A DNA stretch of 64,000 nt, taken from an uncultured Planctomycetales bacterium. Lineage in GTDB: Bacteria > Omnitrophota > Gorgyraeia > Zapsychrales > CAYRXT01. The notes under the pieces are model-generated. The model saw only the letters and a list, made by a program, of their open reading frames with translations. It did not search any database and was not told where the DNA came from. The position numbers and the translations under genes are program-made. The stretch lies in assembly GCA_964428315.1 (NCBI GenBank), contig CAYRXT010000005.1, positions 12,592 through 76,591 of the forward strand, read 5' to 3'. Below, piece after piece: positions 47,598 through 56,496 of this stretch (the stretch's first letter is position 1; every line of letters begins with the position of its first letter).

Positions 47598-49595
47598 TCA
47601 TTCCTTCAGGCTCAATGGATTGAAATTCTCGATGGCCATCATCATGTACGCCGTCCCCGCCACCGAACCGGTCCGGTCGCCGTAAGGTGTTCGCCAGCCA
47701 TGACCGGTATCGGCGTATTCCAGAGTCGCGTAAGGCAAGCATCCTTCCCCCTGGCCCAGAGGCGAGGGGCTGGAAATGATCAGCTTGTTGAGCTCGTCCA
47801 GATAACGCGAGGCCTTCCGCCGGTAATACACCGCCTTCATATCGTTGCCTCCGGCGGAAAAATAGTCGGCGAGGATCTGGAAAGAGATTGCCATCTGCGA
47901 CGTCCATTCCGGTGAGACCATGCCGCCCCGCGGCATGTGCTTGTGCCTGGCGAAATCAAAACCCGTGACCTCGACCTCGACGCCGCTCGGACGGGGATAC
48001 ATCACCGTCACGCCGCAGTGTTCTTCGGCAAAATTCATGATCCGTTCGGGATCCATCCCCAACGATTCAAGCATCTCCGGACCCAGGGCCGCCAGAGACC
48101 AGGCGAAGGTATCGGTGGCGATGGTAGCATCACCCCGGCCCCTGTTTACCGGCGGCCTCCGGTAATCCCCGCTGTGTTTCACCATGGCGTAGGTCTTGAG
48201 CCAGCTTGCGGTCTTTCGGCGGGCCACATCGTATTTGTCCTTGTTCGTTAGCCGGTGGAGCATATCAAAGAAGGCGTAGGCGTCCAGGTTGTGCTCGGTG
48301 GCGAACCAGTCGAAATCGGGTCCACCGCGCAGTCCGCCGGCCGGGTCCTGGTCCTGGAGCGCAATCAGCCATCCGGCGATGGCTTCGGCCAGCGGAAGAT
48401 AAGAAGAATCCCCCGTTTTATGTTGATACTGCATAGCGGCGATGCCTGCCCATATGTTGGGACCGCAGTGGACGGTATACTCGGCGACTTCGCCGGAATC
48501 AAAGAAGTACGCGTTGTAAAAACCGGCATATCCTTGTGACATCATTCTCGAAAAGAAATTGAGGATCTTCTTCGCCCGCGGGACGTCTTCCGCCAGCAGA
48601 AAACAGTTGACGGCCAGGGCCTGATCGTAGATGAAGGCCCAGTCCTCGATGACGCCGACCTCTCCTTCAAAACTTTTCACGAGGCCCGTCGTCGAGCTCT
48701 GATGCCGGGCAAGCCACGCGTGCATCTGTTTCCAGACGGAATCTCTGAGGCCCTTTTTCTGTCGCTCGAGCATCTCCCTCTCGTCCTCCATCATCCTCTC
48801 CCGGCGCACCAGAAGATCATACTCGTCTTCCAAAGGCCCACGCCTTTCCTTCATTTCACGGAGTGTTTTTTTCAGGTCCATGATCGTTTTTTCCGACAGT
48901 TTCAACTCCCGGGCCATGGCGTCTTCCTGCTGTGTCCGCACGCGCAGGCCCTCCTGCGCCTCCTCAAGCCGGGCCGTCAAAGTCCGGATTTCGCGTGAAT
49001 ATTCGGCTATATCTTCCGCCAGCCTTGCTTTCCGGGATTCGATAGTCTCCAGGAGGCCGCCCAGGCGCGCCTCTTTCTGCTGAACCGTCACCAGGGCATC
49101 GACAAGCGCCGCGTTTCTTTCCTGCAGGCGCAGGTTATCCCTAAGACTGACAAGAAAAAGGGCAAAAAAGACACACACGGCCGCTGTCGCCAGGCGGGGG
49201 GCCCATACACTCCAGCGCGCATAACGGGTGAGCCGTTCCCGGTCAGATTCCGCTATTTCAACAAACCGCAGACCCGCCTGGAAATCAGCGGGAATGCGTT
49301 CCCCGGCCCGTTCCGTCCAGACCACCTCGCCCAAGGCCTCCACCGGAGGGCCGGACAAAGGAACGCGTATACGCAACCGGAGACGCGGCGGCCGGTTGTC
49401 CCGAGGCTTAAGCCAGTCCTCAAACTGATTGATGCCAAGACAAATGCCTCCGCGGCTGATATTGCAGGTGTAGCCCTGCTTCCAGACCGTTCCGTCCTCC
49501 TCCGGCGCCGCGCCGGGAGCGCGGTACTCCACGGGAAAGACGCTCTGCAAACGAATAAATTCTCTCTTATCGAGATGTAGAGTCTTTTTCTTCAT
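47598..49595 (-). CDS. PilZ domain - TM helix - long coiled coil - C-terminal ~340-aa globular (possibly alpha/alpha-toroid) domain protein
   Basis: N-terminal KREFIRLQSVFPV...YTCNISRGGICLGIN (PilZ), TM WAPRLATAAVCVFFALFLVSL, ~170 aa heptad E/R/L region, then an aromatic/Gly-rich domain (HCGPNIWAGIAAMQYQ...AEAIAGWLIALQDQDPAGGLRGG). Start at the ATG at 49595. Confidence 0.65.
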   Translation of the reverse strand: MKKKTLHLDKREFIRLQSVFPVEYRAPGAAPEEDGTVWKQGYTCNISRGGICLGINQFEDWLKPRDNRPPRLRLRIRVPLSGPPVEALGEVVWTERAGERIPADFQAGLRFVEIAESDRERLTRYARWSVWAPRLATAAVCVFFALFLVSLRDNLRLQERNAALVDALVTVQQKEARLGGLLETIESRKARLAEDIAEYSREIRTLTARLEEAQEGLRVRTQQEDAMARELKLSEKTIMDLKKTLREMKERRGPLEDEYDLLVRRERMMEDEREMLERQKKGLRDSVWKQMHAWLARHQSSTTGLVKSFEGEVGVIEDWAFIYDQALAVNCFLLAEDVPRAKKILNFFSRMMSQGYAGFYNAYFFDSGEVAEYTVHCGPNIWAGIAAMQYQHKTGDSSYLPLAEAIAGWLIALQDQDPAGGLRGGPDFDWFATEHNLDAYAFFDMLHRLTNKDKYDVARRKTASWLKTYAMVKHSGDYRRPPVNRGRGDATIATDTFAWSLAALGPEMLESLGMDPERIMNFAEEHCGVTVMYPRPSGVEVEVTGFDFARHKHMPRGGMVSPEWTSQMAISFQILADYFSAGGNDMKAVYYRRKASRYLDELNKLIISSPSPLGQGEGCLPYATLEYADTGHGWRTPYGDRTGSVAGTAYMMMAIENFNPLSLKE

Positions 49596-49607
49596 GGCTC
49601 CCAAGGT

Positions 49608-50723
49608 TTACTCGGTCCCGGCATGCTCCTCGGCCAGACGGATACGTCTGGCAACCGGGGGATGATCATAGAAAAGGATCACATCCAACCTGCGGGGATC
49701 CCATTCGGCCAGATTCCGTTCGGCCAGCTTTCGCATCATGGAAATGAAATCATCCGTCTTTCCCGTCAGGGTGATCGCGAAACGGTCGGCCCGGACCTCC
49801 AGGTGCCGGCTGAAGGCGTTCATTAGGGGAGTCAGGACCAGCCCGACGAGCGAAAAGGCCAGCAGGATCACCGGCAGAAACGCGATATCATCAAGTCGTT
49901 CAAAACCGAACCAGGGCAGAGCCGCGGAAAGGAAGAGGTGGACCAGAAAGAAACTCCCCGCCGCGGCCAGCGTCTGCGCGAGAGCCATCCAAACGATGTC
50001 ATGATGTTTATAATGGCTCATCTCATGCGCCACGACGGTCTCGATTTCCTCGCGGGTAAAACCTTTGACAAGCGTATCGCTCAGGACCACGCGCCGCGAA
50101 GAGCCCAGGCCGCAGATAAAGGCATTGGCCTTTGAGGATTTGCGCGAAAGGTCTATCGTATAGACATCCTTAAGAAGTACGCCGCAGCGGTCAAATAAAC
50201 GCGCGATCCGCCGGCGGAGCTCTTCATCTTCAACCGGTGTATACCTGAAAAAAAGCGGGACGATGACGCGTGGGGTGATGTGGGCCAGGAACAGCGAAAA
50301 CAACAGCCAGAAACCCGTCGCGGCCATCCACCATGTCCGAGGCCAGAGGCCGAGGAAAACACAGATGACGTGCGCGAGGGTAAAAAATACGAGAAATCCG
50401 ACAGCGGCCTTTTTCGCTTCGTCCCGACACCATGCCCAGAACGACTGCGCGGAAAGACCGAAACGGTGTTCCAGATAAAAGGTCCCGTACATGTTGAAGG
50501 GCAGATGAAGCAATAAAAGGAAGGTCCCGAAAAGGACAAGAAACAGCGAGCGCGCAAAAAACGCCCCTTCCGCCACACTCCATGACCATTCACGCAGTCC
50601 GGCGGACCACCCGGCAAAGGACCACACACACAGAGCCGCAAGGTCAAAGGTAAGCGAGAGGAAAAAAAGCCGCCTCTTGATCCAATGGTAATGTTTCGCT
50701 CTGCCGTGAGTTCCGTTATTCAC
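49608..50723 (-). CDS. M48-family (Ste24/HtpX-like) integral-membrane zinc metalloprotease
   Basis: HEMSHY (HExxH) after several TM helices; C-terminal helical region; GTG start. Confidence 0.85.
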   Translation of the reverse strand: MNNGTHGRAKHYHWIKRRLFFLSLTFDLAALCVWSFAGWSAGLREWSWSVAEGAFFARSLFLVLFGTFLLLLHLPFNMYGTFYLEHRFGLSAQSFWAWCRDEAKKAAVGFLVFFTLAHVICVFLGLWPRTWWMAATGFWLLFSLFLAHITPRVIVPLFFRYTPVEDEELRRRIARLFDRCGVLLKDVYTIDLSRKSSKANAFICGLGSSRRVVLSDTLVKGFTREEIETVVAHEMSHYKHHDIVWMALAQTLAAAGSFFLVHLFLSAALPWFGFERLDDIAFLPVILLAFSLVGLVLTPLMNAFSRHLEVRADRFAITLTGKTDDFISMMRKLAERNLAEWDPRRLDVILFYDHPPVARRIRLAEEHAGTE

Positions 50724-50733
50724 GTCCGTCTCG

Positions 50734-51126
50734 TCAGGGGTTGCGCCGGGATTTCAAATCCTCGATAAAGGTGAAGAAGCGGTCATCGTCCCTCAGGTTG
50801 TTGAGATCACCGTCATTCATGATATGATCAAGATCCCGGTATCCGCATTCCACGGCCGTCCGGAGCGACGCCAGGGCGTTTTCTATGTCGCCGGTGAGCG
50901 AATAACTGCAGGCCAGATTGTACAGAACAACGGGATCACGGGGCTTCAGCGCCAGGAGTTTCTGATCGACACAGAGCCCCTTATCGAAAAGTCCTCTCTT
51001 GGTATAAAGATCCCCTAGGGCCATCAGGGCTTCGATGAAGTCCGGCCGTTTGGCCAACACACCCTCATAAAAACAGATCTCATAGTCCAGGTCTTTAAAC
51101 GAAGGACGTCCCAATGAGCTCCCCAT
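50734..51126 (-). CDS. TPR-repeat protein
   Basis: Three TPR-like hairpins (ALMALGDLYTKRGLFDKGLCVDQKLLALKPRDPVVLYNLACSYSLTGDIENALASL). Confidence 0.6.
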   Translation of the reverse strand: MGSSLGRPSFKDLDYEICFYEGVLAKRPDFIEALMALGDLYTKRGLFDKGLCVDQKLLALKPRDPVVLYNLACSYSLTGDIENALASLRTAVECGYRDLDHIMNDGDLNNLRDDDRFFTFIEDLKSRRNP

Positions 51127-51136
51127 CTTTTACGCG

Positions 51137-52303
51137 TTATGTCTTGATTTTCCGGACAAAATCGCCCATCCGGACCAGGGCCTCTTTGATGCTTTCATAG
51201 CTGGAGGCATAGGATATCCGCACGTGACCGTCCATCGAAGGCCCGAAGGCCACGCCCGGGACAACGGCAACCTTCTTTTTCTTCAGCAATTGCTGGGCGA
51301 ATTCCATAGAGGACAGTCCTGTCGAACGGATCGAGGGGAAAACGTAAAACGCCCCTTCCGGCATGGGGCAACTCAGGCCCATGGCGTTGAGCCCCTGAAC
51401 GATGTACCGTCTGCGCCGGTTATATTCCTTCTTCATCTCTATCACCGACGGATATCCTGTCTTGAGGGCATCGACAGCGGCCATCTGAGAGACAATGGAA
51501 GCGCAGAGCATCGTATACTGATGGATCTTCGTCATGGCTGCTATGATCCTCGCCGGGCCGCAGGCGTACCCCAGACGGAATCCCGTCATGGCGTAACTCT
51601 TGGAGAACCCGTTTAGATAGATATGCCGCTTCTTCATCCCCTTGAGAACGCCAAAGGGCGTATGGCTGAAGTCGTAGGTCAGCTCGTCATAAACCTCGTC
51701 GGTAATCACGAGCAGATCGTTCTTCTCGGCCACGCGCGCGATGGCGCGCAATTCCTGGCGGGTATACGAGGCCCCGGTGGGATTGGCCGGGTAGTTGATC
51801 ATCAAGGCCTTGACGCCTCTGCGGCATGCCCGCTCGATCTGTCCGGGGCTCAGCTTGAAGCCTTCCCGCGAACCGGTTTTCAGAAAAACGGGCCGCCCCC
51901 CGGCGAGATCGACCGTCGGACCGTAGGAGACATAGGCCGGCTCGGGAATCAGGACCCGGTCCCGCGGGTTCATGATGGCCCGCATGGCCAGGTCAACGCC
52001 CTCGCTGACACCGACGGTAATCAGGATCTCCTCCTGGGGGTCGTACACCAGGCCGTAACGGCGCTTGAGAAAATGGGCGATCTCCCGCCGCAGCTCCAGC
52101 ATGCCCTTGTTGGACGTGTAGGAGGTGAATCCCTGTTCAAGGACATAGATGGCCGTTTCCCTGATGGGCCAGGGCGAAGAAAAATCCGGTTCACCCACAC
52201 CCAGCGATATGACCTCCTTCATGTTCAGAACCAAGTCAAAGAAGGCCCGGATGCCCGACGGCGGAAGCCGTTCGACTTTCTGTGATATCATCGGCTTGTT
52301 CAT
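51137..52303 (-). CDS. Class I/II PLP-dependent aminotransferase (aspartate/aromatic aminotransferase-like)
   Basis: Fold-type I signatures NYPANPTG and the PLP-Lys region YLNGFSKSYAMTGFRLGY; 388 aa. Confidence 0.9.
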   Translation of the reverse strand: MNKPMISQKVERLPPSGIRAFFDLVLNMKEVISLGVGEPDFSSPWPIRETAIYVLEQGFTSYTSNKGMLELRREIAHFLKRRYGLVYDPQEEILITVGVSEGVDLAMRAIMNPRDRVLIPEPAYVSYGPTVDLAGGRPVFLKTGSREGFKLSPGQIERACRRGVKALMINYPANPTGASYTRQELRAIARVAEKNDLLVITDEVYDELTYDFSHTPFGVLKGMKKRHIYLNGFSKSYAMTGFRLGYACGPARIIAAMTKIHQYTMLCASIVSQMAAVDALKTGYPSVIEMKKEYNRRRRYIVQGLNAMGLSCPMPEGAFYVFPSIRSTGLSSMEFAQQLLKKKKVAVVPGVAFGPSMDGHVRISYASSYESIKEALVRMGDFVRKIKT

Positions 52304-52322
52304 AGCGGTTTAGTGTCCGGTC

Positions 52323-52814
52323 TTAAAAAGAAATGTTCAGACGTCTCCGGCGGCGGGTCTTCTTGAGGATCTGCCCGTCTTCCTTGTATTTCTTCAGCAA
52401 GAAGTGCGTGGCCGTGCTGCGGACATTTTCCATCGGAGCGAGTTTTGAGGCCACAAAGCTCGCCACGGTCTGGATATCCGGCCCTTCCACGATAAGCAGA
52501 AGGTCGTAAGCGCCCGAAACAAGATAGCAGCTCACTACCTCCGGAAAACTGTAAATGCGCTCGGCCAGATAATCAAACCCCACGTTCTTCTGCGGCGTGA
52601 TTCCCACCTCAATCAGCGCCCGGACCAGCCCTTTTTGGCTTTCCAGGAGTTCCGGATTGACCACAGTCTTATAACCGACAATGACCCCGGACCGCTCATA
52701 CCGTCTGATGGTTTTTTTCACGGTATCAACCGATTTCCCGGTCAATTTGGCGATTTCCGAAGCGCTCAGCCGGGCGTCCTTAGAGAGAATATCCAGTATT
52801 TCATCCATGATCAT
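52323..52814 (-). CDS. Lrp/AsnC-family transcriptional regulator
   Basis: N-terminal HTH (LDILSKDARLSASEIAKLTGKSVDTVKKTIRR) and C-terminal RAM domain. Trimmed to ATGATCATG at 52814; the upstream part of the track ORF is read-through. Confidence 0.85.
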   Translation of the reverse strand: MIMDEILDILSKDARLSASEIAKLTGKSVDTVKKTIRRYERSGVIVGYKTVVNPELLESQKGLVRALIEVGITPQKNVGFDYLAERIYSFPEVVSCYLVSGAYDLLLIVEGPDIQTVASFVASKLAPMENVRSTATHFLLKKYKEDGQILKKTRRRRRLNISF

Positions 52815-53095
52815 CCGCTCCTCTTTAAACGTTTGTGACTTAAGAAAGGCCGCCGTATCATCCGTCTCCGACGGACTATTGCCCCCCCGGCGTGATTGAC
52901 ATTCTATACCATTTCCGCGGGCAGCGCAAACAAAACGGGGAAAATGAAACTCTTCGGACTCACGGCCATAGTCTCCTGATATTCTTCGGCGAAATCCGCC
53001 GAAGCCAACCCCGCTTCGCTCCAAAATTTCGCTTCGCTTCATTCGAGGGGTTCGCGGGGTTGATCCGCGGAAAGCGTCCGGACAGGAAGAGGCCT

Positions 53096-54160
53096 CTACC
53101 TGTGCCTCTTCAGGTCAATAAGGTCCTTGATCATGGCCATGTCCTTTTTCAGATCCTGAACCACCTGCCGGAGATCCCTGACCCTCTCCTTAAGATGGAC
53201 GTTGGTCTCTTCAAGCTCTTTGATCTGAAGGGTCAGGGCCTCCACGGGGAGCGGAACGGCCAGTTCGGTTTCTAGTCCGGCAATCGCCGTTTCCACCTGC
53301 CCGATCTCGCCCTCCAAGGCTTGCCTTTCTTCTTCCAGGCGATCCTTCTTCTCGCGCGCCTCCTCGAGCGGCCGCTCCTTACGTTCGACACCTCTCTGTA
53401 TCTCCTCCTTGAGCTTCTCAACTCTTCGGCTCAATCGCGCATTGTCTTTACGTACCCGGCTTATCTGTCTCGCGAGCTTTCGATTCTCGTTCTCCAGCTT
53501 TCTCAAATCCTCATCCGATAAAACCCCCTGCCGGATATCCGCAAGGAGGTCCTGTCCAGCCGCCGCCTGGACGGCATCCGTCTCCAGGATCCTGTTTTGA
53601 ATCTTCGCGATCTCTTCCTGCGTCTTTCCGAGAGCCTGTTGTTTTTCCGACAGCAACCGGCTATGCTGTTCCTCGAGAGCGGCATGCTTTTTTTCCAAGG
53701 TCTCCACCTGTGTGCTCAACGGCAGGAGTGTCTTTTTCTCGTGATCGACCTTATCGCGAAGCCGGCCGACCTCTTTCTCAAGGACTCTCCTTTTGAGTTT
53801 GAGTTCATGAACCGTCGCATTGTGCGTCTGCCGGGAATCCGGTTCGGGTGAAGACGGCAGCACGGGCTTCCTGATCTGCGGCATAAGAAGATCAATCTCC
53901 ATTTCAAGCGCAAGGACCTGCTGTCTCAAGCGGTTGTGCTCATCCGTCAGCCTCTCGTTCTCATTGACCAGCTGAAGGGCCAGCTCTCTCAGCTCTCTGA
54001 CATTCATCCGGAGGATATTGGCGACCCATTCCGAGGGAAGGGCGAATTCTTCCTGAACCTCTGCGCCTTCGGGTGAACCCGAAGGCGCGGTCTGCGCCGA
54101 AACGGCGGCGGAAAAACATAAAAACAGGCCGCACAGCGTGAGGATACGGTGTCTCTTCAT
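53096..54160 (-). CDS. Secreted coiled-coil protein (hypothetical)
   Basis: Signal peptide MKRHRILTLCGLFLCFSAAVSAQTA followed by ~300 aa of continuous E/K/R/L/Q heptad-like sequence. Confidence 0.55.
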   Translation of the reverse strand: MKRHRILTLCGLFLCFSAAVSAQTAPSGSPEGAEVQEEFALPSEWVANILRMNVRELRELALQLVNENERLTDEHNRLRQQVLALEMEIDLLMPQIRKPVLPSSPEPDSRQTHNATVHELKLKRRVLEKEVGRLRDKVDHEKKTLLPLSTQVETLEKKHAALEEQHSRLLSEKQQALGKTQEEIAKIQNRILETDAVQAAAGQDLLADIRQGVLSDEDLRKLENENRKLARQISRVRKDNARLSRRVEKLKEEIQRGVERKERPLEEAREKKDRLEEERQALEGEIGQVETAIAGLETELAVPLPVEALTLQIKELEETNVHLKERVRDLRQVVQDLKKDMAMIKDLIDLKRHR

Positions 54161-54217
54161 TGTGCCCTCATTATAGTGAGAATTCCTGGGGACGGCAACG
54201 GAAAAACAAAGACGTTG

Positions 54218-55066
54218 TCATCGGCGATCTGATCTGAGCGCGTTTCGAACCAGGCGCCGGTAGTCTCCCGCCAGGGCGCGCGTATATTGTCCCGCGCGCC
54301 CCTTTCCGACGGCAAAACCCTGCACGCGGGTCAAGGGCATCACCTCGATCAGGGCATTCGTCAAAAAGGCCTCATCCGCGTCAAAAAGCTCTTCCGGCCT
54401 CATACGCTTCTGCCGGACGCGAAGGCCCCTCTCGCGGGCGAGCCTGATAACCAACCGGCGCGTTATACCGTCCAGACACCCGCTCGACAAAGAGGGCGTC
54501 ATGAGAATTCCGCTCTTAAGAACAAAAATATTGCTCCGGCTGGCCTCCGCCAGAAAACCCTTGCGGTTGAGCACAAGGGCCTCGTCCTGTCCCCGCTGAC
54601 GGGCCTTTCGCCAGGCCTGCAATAGAGGGAGGTACCGGATGGACTTGATCCGGACCAGCGGAGAATCCTCGTCGCGCCGGATATCGGAAAAGACCGCACG
54701 GTAACCGCGCTTATAAACCGCCGGGGACGGCGGCTGATAAGATGCGGACATAACCGCCAGTCGCGCCCGCTTGCCTTCCTGCCAAACCGTCAAACGGACG
54801 CGGGCGTCTCCCCGAGCGTGCTTCCCGAGGATCTCTCCCAAGAATTCCCTGATCTTCCGGCGGGGATAAGGACACGGCAGTCCAATGACTTCAAGTCCCT
54901 TCATCATCCGGGCAAGGTGTTGTTCCAGCGCAAAGGGCATACTCCGGTAAACCCGCAGCGTCTCAAAAACCCCCTTGCCGCGCAAGATTCCCGGCGTGAG
55001 CCTCCGGACAAGAGACGGCGCGGGGCGCATCATCAGCCCGTCAATCAACAAAGATTTTTTCGCCAT
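54218..55066 (-). CDS. pabC: Aminodeoxychorismate lyase (PLP fold-type IV, PabC-like)
   Basis: Fold-type IV aminotransferase core (GVFETLRV...SNIFVLKSGILMTP...GITR); positioned directly after pabB with a 26-nt overlap. Confidence 0.75.
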   Translation of the reverse strand: MAKKSLLIDGLMMRPAPSLVRRLTPGILRGKGVFETLRVYRSMPFALEQHLARMMKGLEVIGLPCPYPRRKIREFLGEILGKHARGDARVRLTVWQEGKRARLAVMSASYQPPSPAVYKRGYRAVFSDIRRDEDSPLVRIKSIRYLPLLQAWRKARQRGQDEALVLNRKGFLAEASRSNIFVLKSGILMTPSLSSGCLDGITRRLVIRLARERGLRVRQKRMRPEELFDADEAFLTNALIEVMPLTRVQGFAVGKGRAGQYTRALAGDYRRLVRNALRSDRR

Positions 55067-56495
55067 GGTCCGTTATGGGAAGGGCGTTCTTATAAACCTC
55101 CTGCAGACACAAAAACAGGGCCCGGGCCTTGATCAGTGTCTCCTCGTATTCCAGCTCGGGGTCCGAATCCGCGACGATGCCCCCGCCGACGTGAAATGTG
55201 GCCCGCCGGTTCTGAACGGCCAGCGAACGGATGAGGATGTTGAGGTCCATCGAACCGGTAAAACTGATGTAGCCCATCGAACCCGTATAAAACCGCCGGG
55301 GCGCGGGTTCGAGTTCCTGGATGATCTGCATCGCGCGGACCTTCGGACACCCGGTTATCGATCCCCCCGGTGAACAGGCCGCGATCAGGTCAAAGCAGTC
55401 TTTATGCGCTCCGAGCCGCCCCTCGATCTGGGACGTCGTCTGAAAGACCGTGGCGTATCTCTCCAATGTGCGCAGGTTTTTTACCCTCACCGAACCGTAT
55501 TCACAGATCCGTCCCAGGTCGTTACGTTCAAGATCGGTGATCATCAGAAGTTCGGCCTTGTCTTTCAAGCTCTCCCATAACTCCCGGCGCAGTCTTTCGT
55601 CCTCGGACCGCCGCGCGTCCCGGCGGCGCGTCCCTTTCATGGGCCGGGTATGGATCCGCCGGCCGCGCAATCTTAAAAACCGTTCGGGAGAGGCGCTCAG
55701 AAGCTGAAAATCGCCGCCGTGAAAATATCCGGCGAAACAGGAAGGCGACACTTTCCTTAACTGCCGATAAAACATGAAGGCATCCGTGTATTCCGTCGAG
55801 GAGGGCAGCGAAATGGTGAACTCCCTGGCCAGGTTGACCTGATAGACATCGCCCCGTCCGATGTGTTCCAGGGCCCTTCCCACTGATTCCATGTATTGCG
55901 CCTTGCTCATGCCGGCCCGCCAGGAAAGCTGGCGGCAGTCCGTATGAAACGCTTCTCGGCCGGATGCGTCAAACGGGGCATCCCTCCTTTGCGTTGCCTC
56001 TCTGACGACAGCCTCCGCCTCTTCAAGACGCCTCCGGGCCCGCACACCGGCGAGCATATGGTCTTTCTCAGGCAGACCCGTGGAGTAGATGACAAGTTCT
56101 CCTGTCATATGATCGATCATGATCACTCGGTCGTAGAACCCGAAGGCCAGCGCGGGGATTAAAAACCCCGGGTCGCGGCGCGGCCTCAGTCCCTCAAGCT
56201 GGATCCCGAAATCGTAACCGAAAAATCCCGCGATCCCCGCCGGAAATAACGGACCAGCCTTCCTGAAGTGCCCGCGGTACTCCGCAAAATGTCCTCGGAG
56301 TTCATCGAAGACGCCCAGGGCATCACCCCTCACCGTCAAAAAGGGATCAAATCCGATAAAAGAATAGCGCCCAAGCCCCGACCGGCGGAGACTGCTCTCA
56401 AAAAAGAACGCGTAAGGCTTGTCCTTCAGGGATTCAAACAGCTTTATACCGTCAACCGGACACCGGAATCTTTTTTCAAAGACGCGCAGGGACAT
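55041..56495 (-). CDS. pabB: Aminodeoxychorismate synthase component I (chorismate-binding enzyme, PabB/TrpE family)
   Basis: Chorismate-binding C-terminal domain (PGGSITGCPKVRAMQIIQELE...RFYTGSMGYISFTGSMDLNILIR...HVGGGIVADSDPE); start at MSLRVFEK 56495. Confidence 0.85.
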   Translation of the reverse strand: MSLRVFEKRFRCPVDGIKLFESLKDKPYAFFFESSLRRSGLGRYSFIGFDPFLTVRGDALGVFDELRGHFAEYRGHFRKAGPLFPAGIAGFFGYDFGIQLEGLRPRRDPGFLIPALAFGFYDRVIMIDHMTGELVIYSTGLPEKDHMLAGVRARRRLEEAEAVVREATQRRDAPFDASGREAFHTDCRQLSWRAGMSKAQYMESVGRALEHIGRGDVYQVNLAREFTISLPSSTEYTDAFMFYRQLRKVSPSCFAGYFHGGDFQLLSASPERFLRLRGRRIHTRPMKGTRRRDARRSEDERLRRELWESLKDKAELLMITDLERNDLGRICEYGSVRVKNLRTLERYATVFQTTSQIEGRLGAHKDCFDLIAACSPGGSITGCPKVRAMQIIQELEPAPRRFYTGSMGYISFTGSMDLNILIRSLAVQNRRATFHVGGGIVADSDPELEYEETLIKARALFLCLQEVYKNALPITDHGEKIFVD

Positions 56496-56496
56496 T

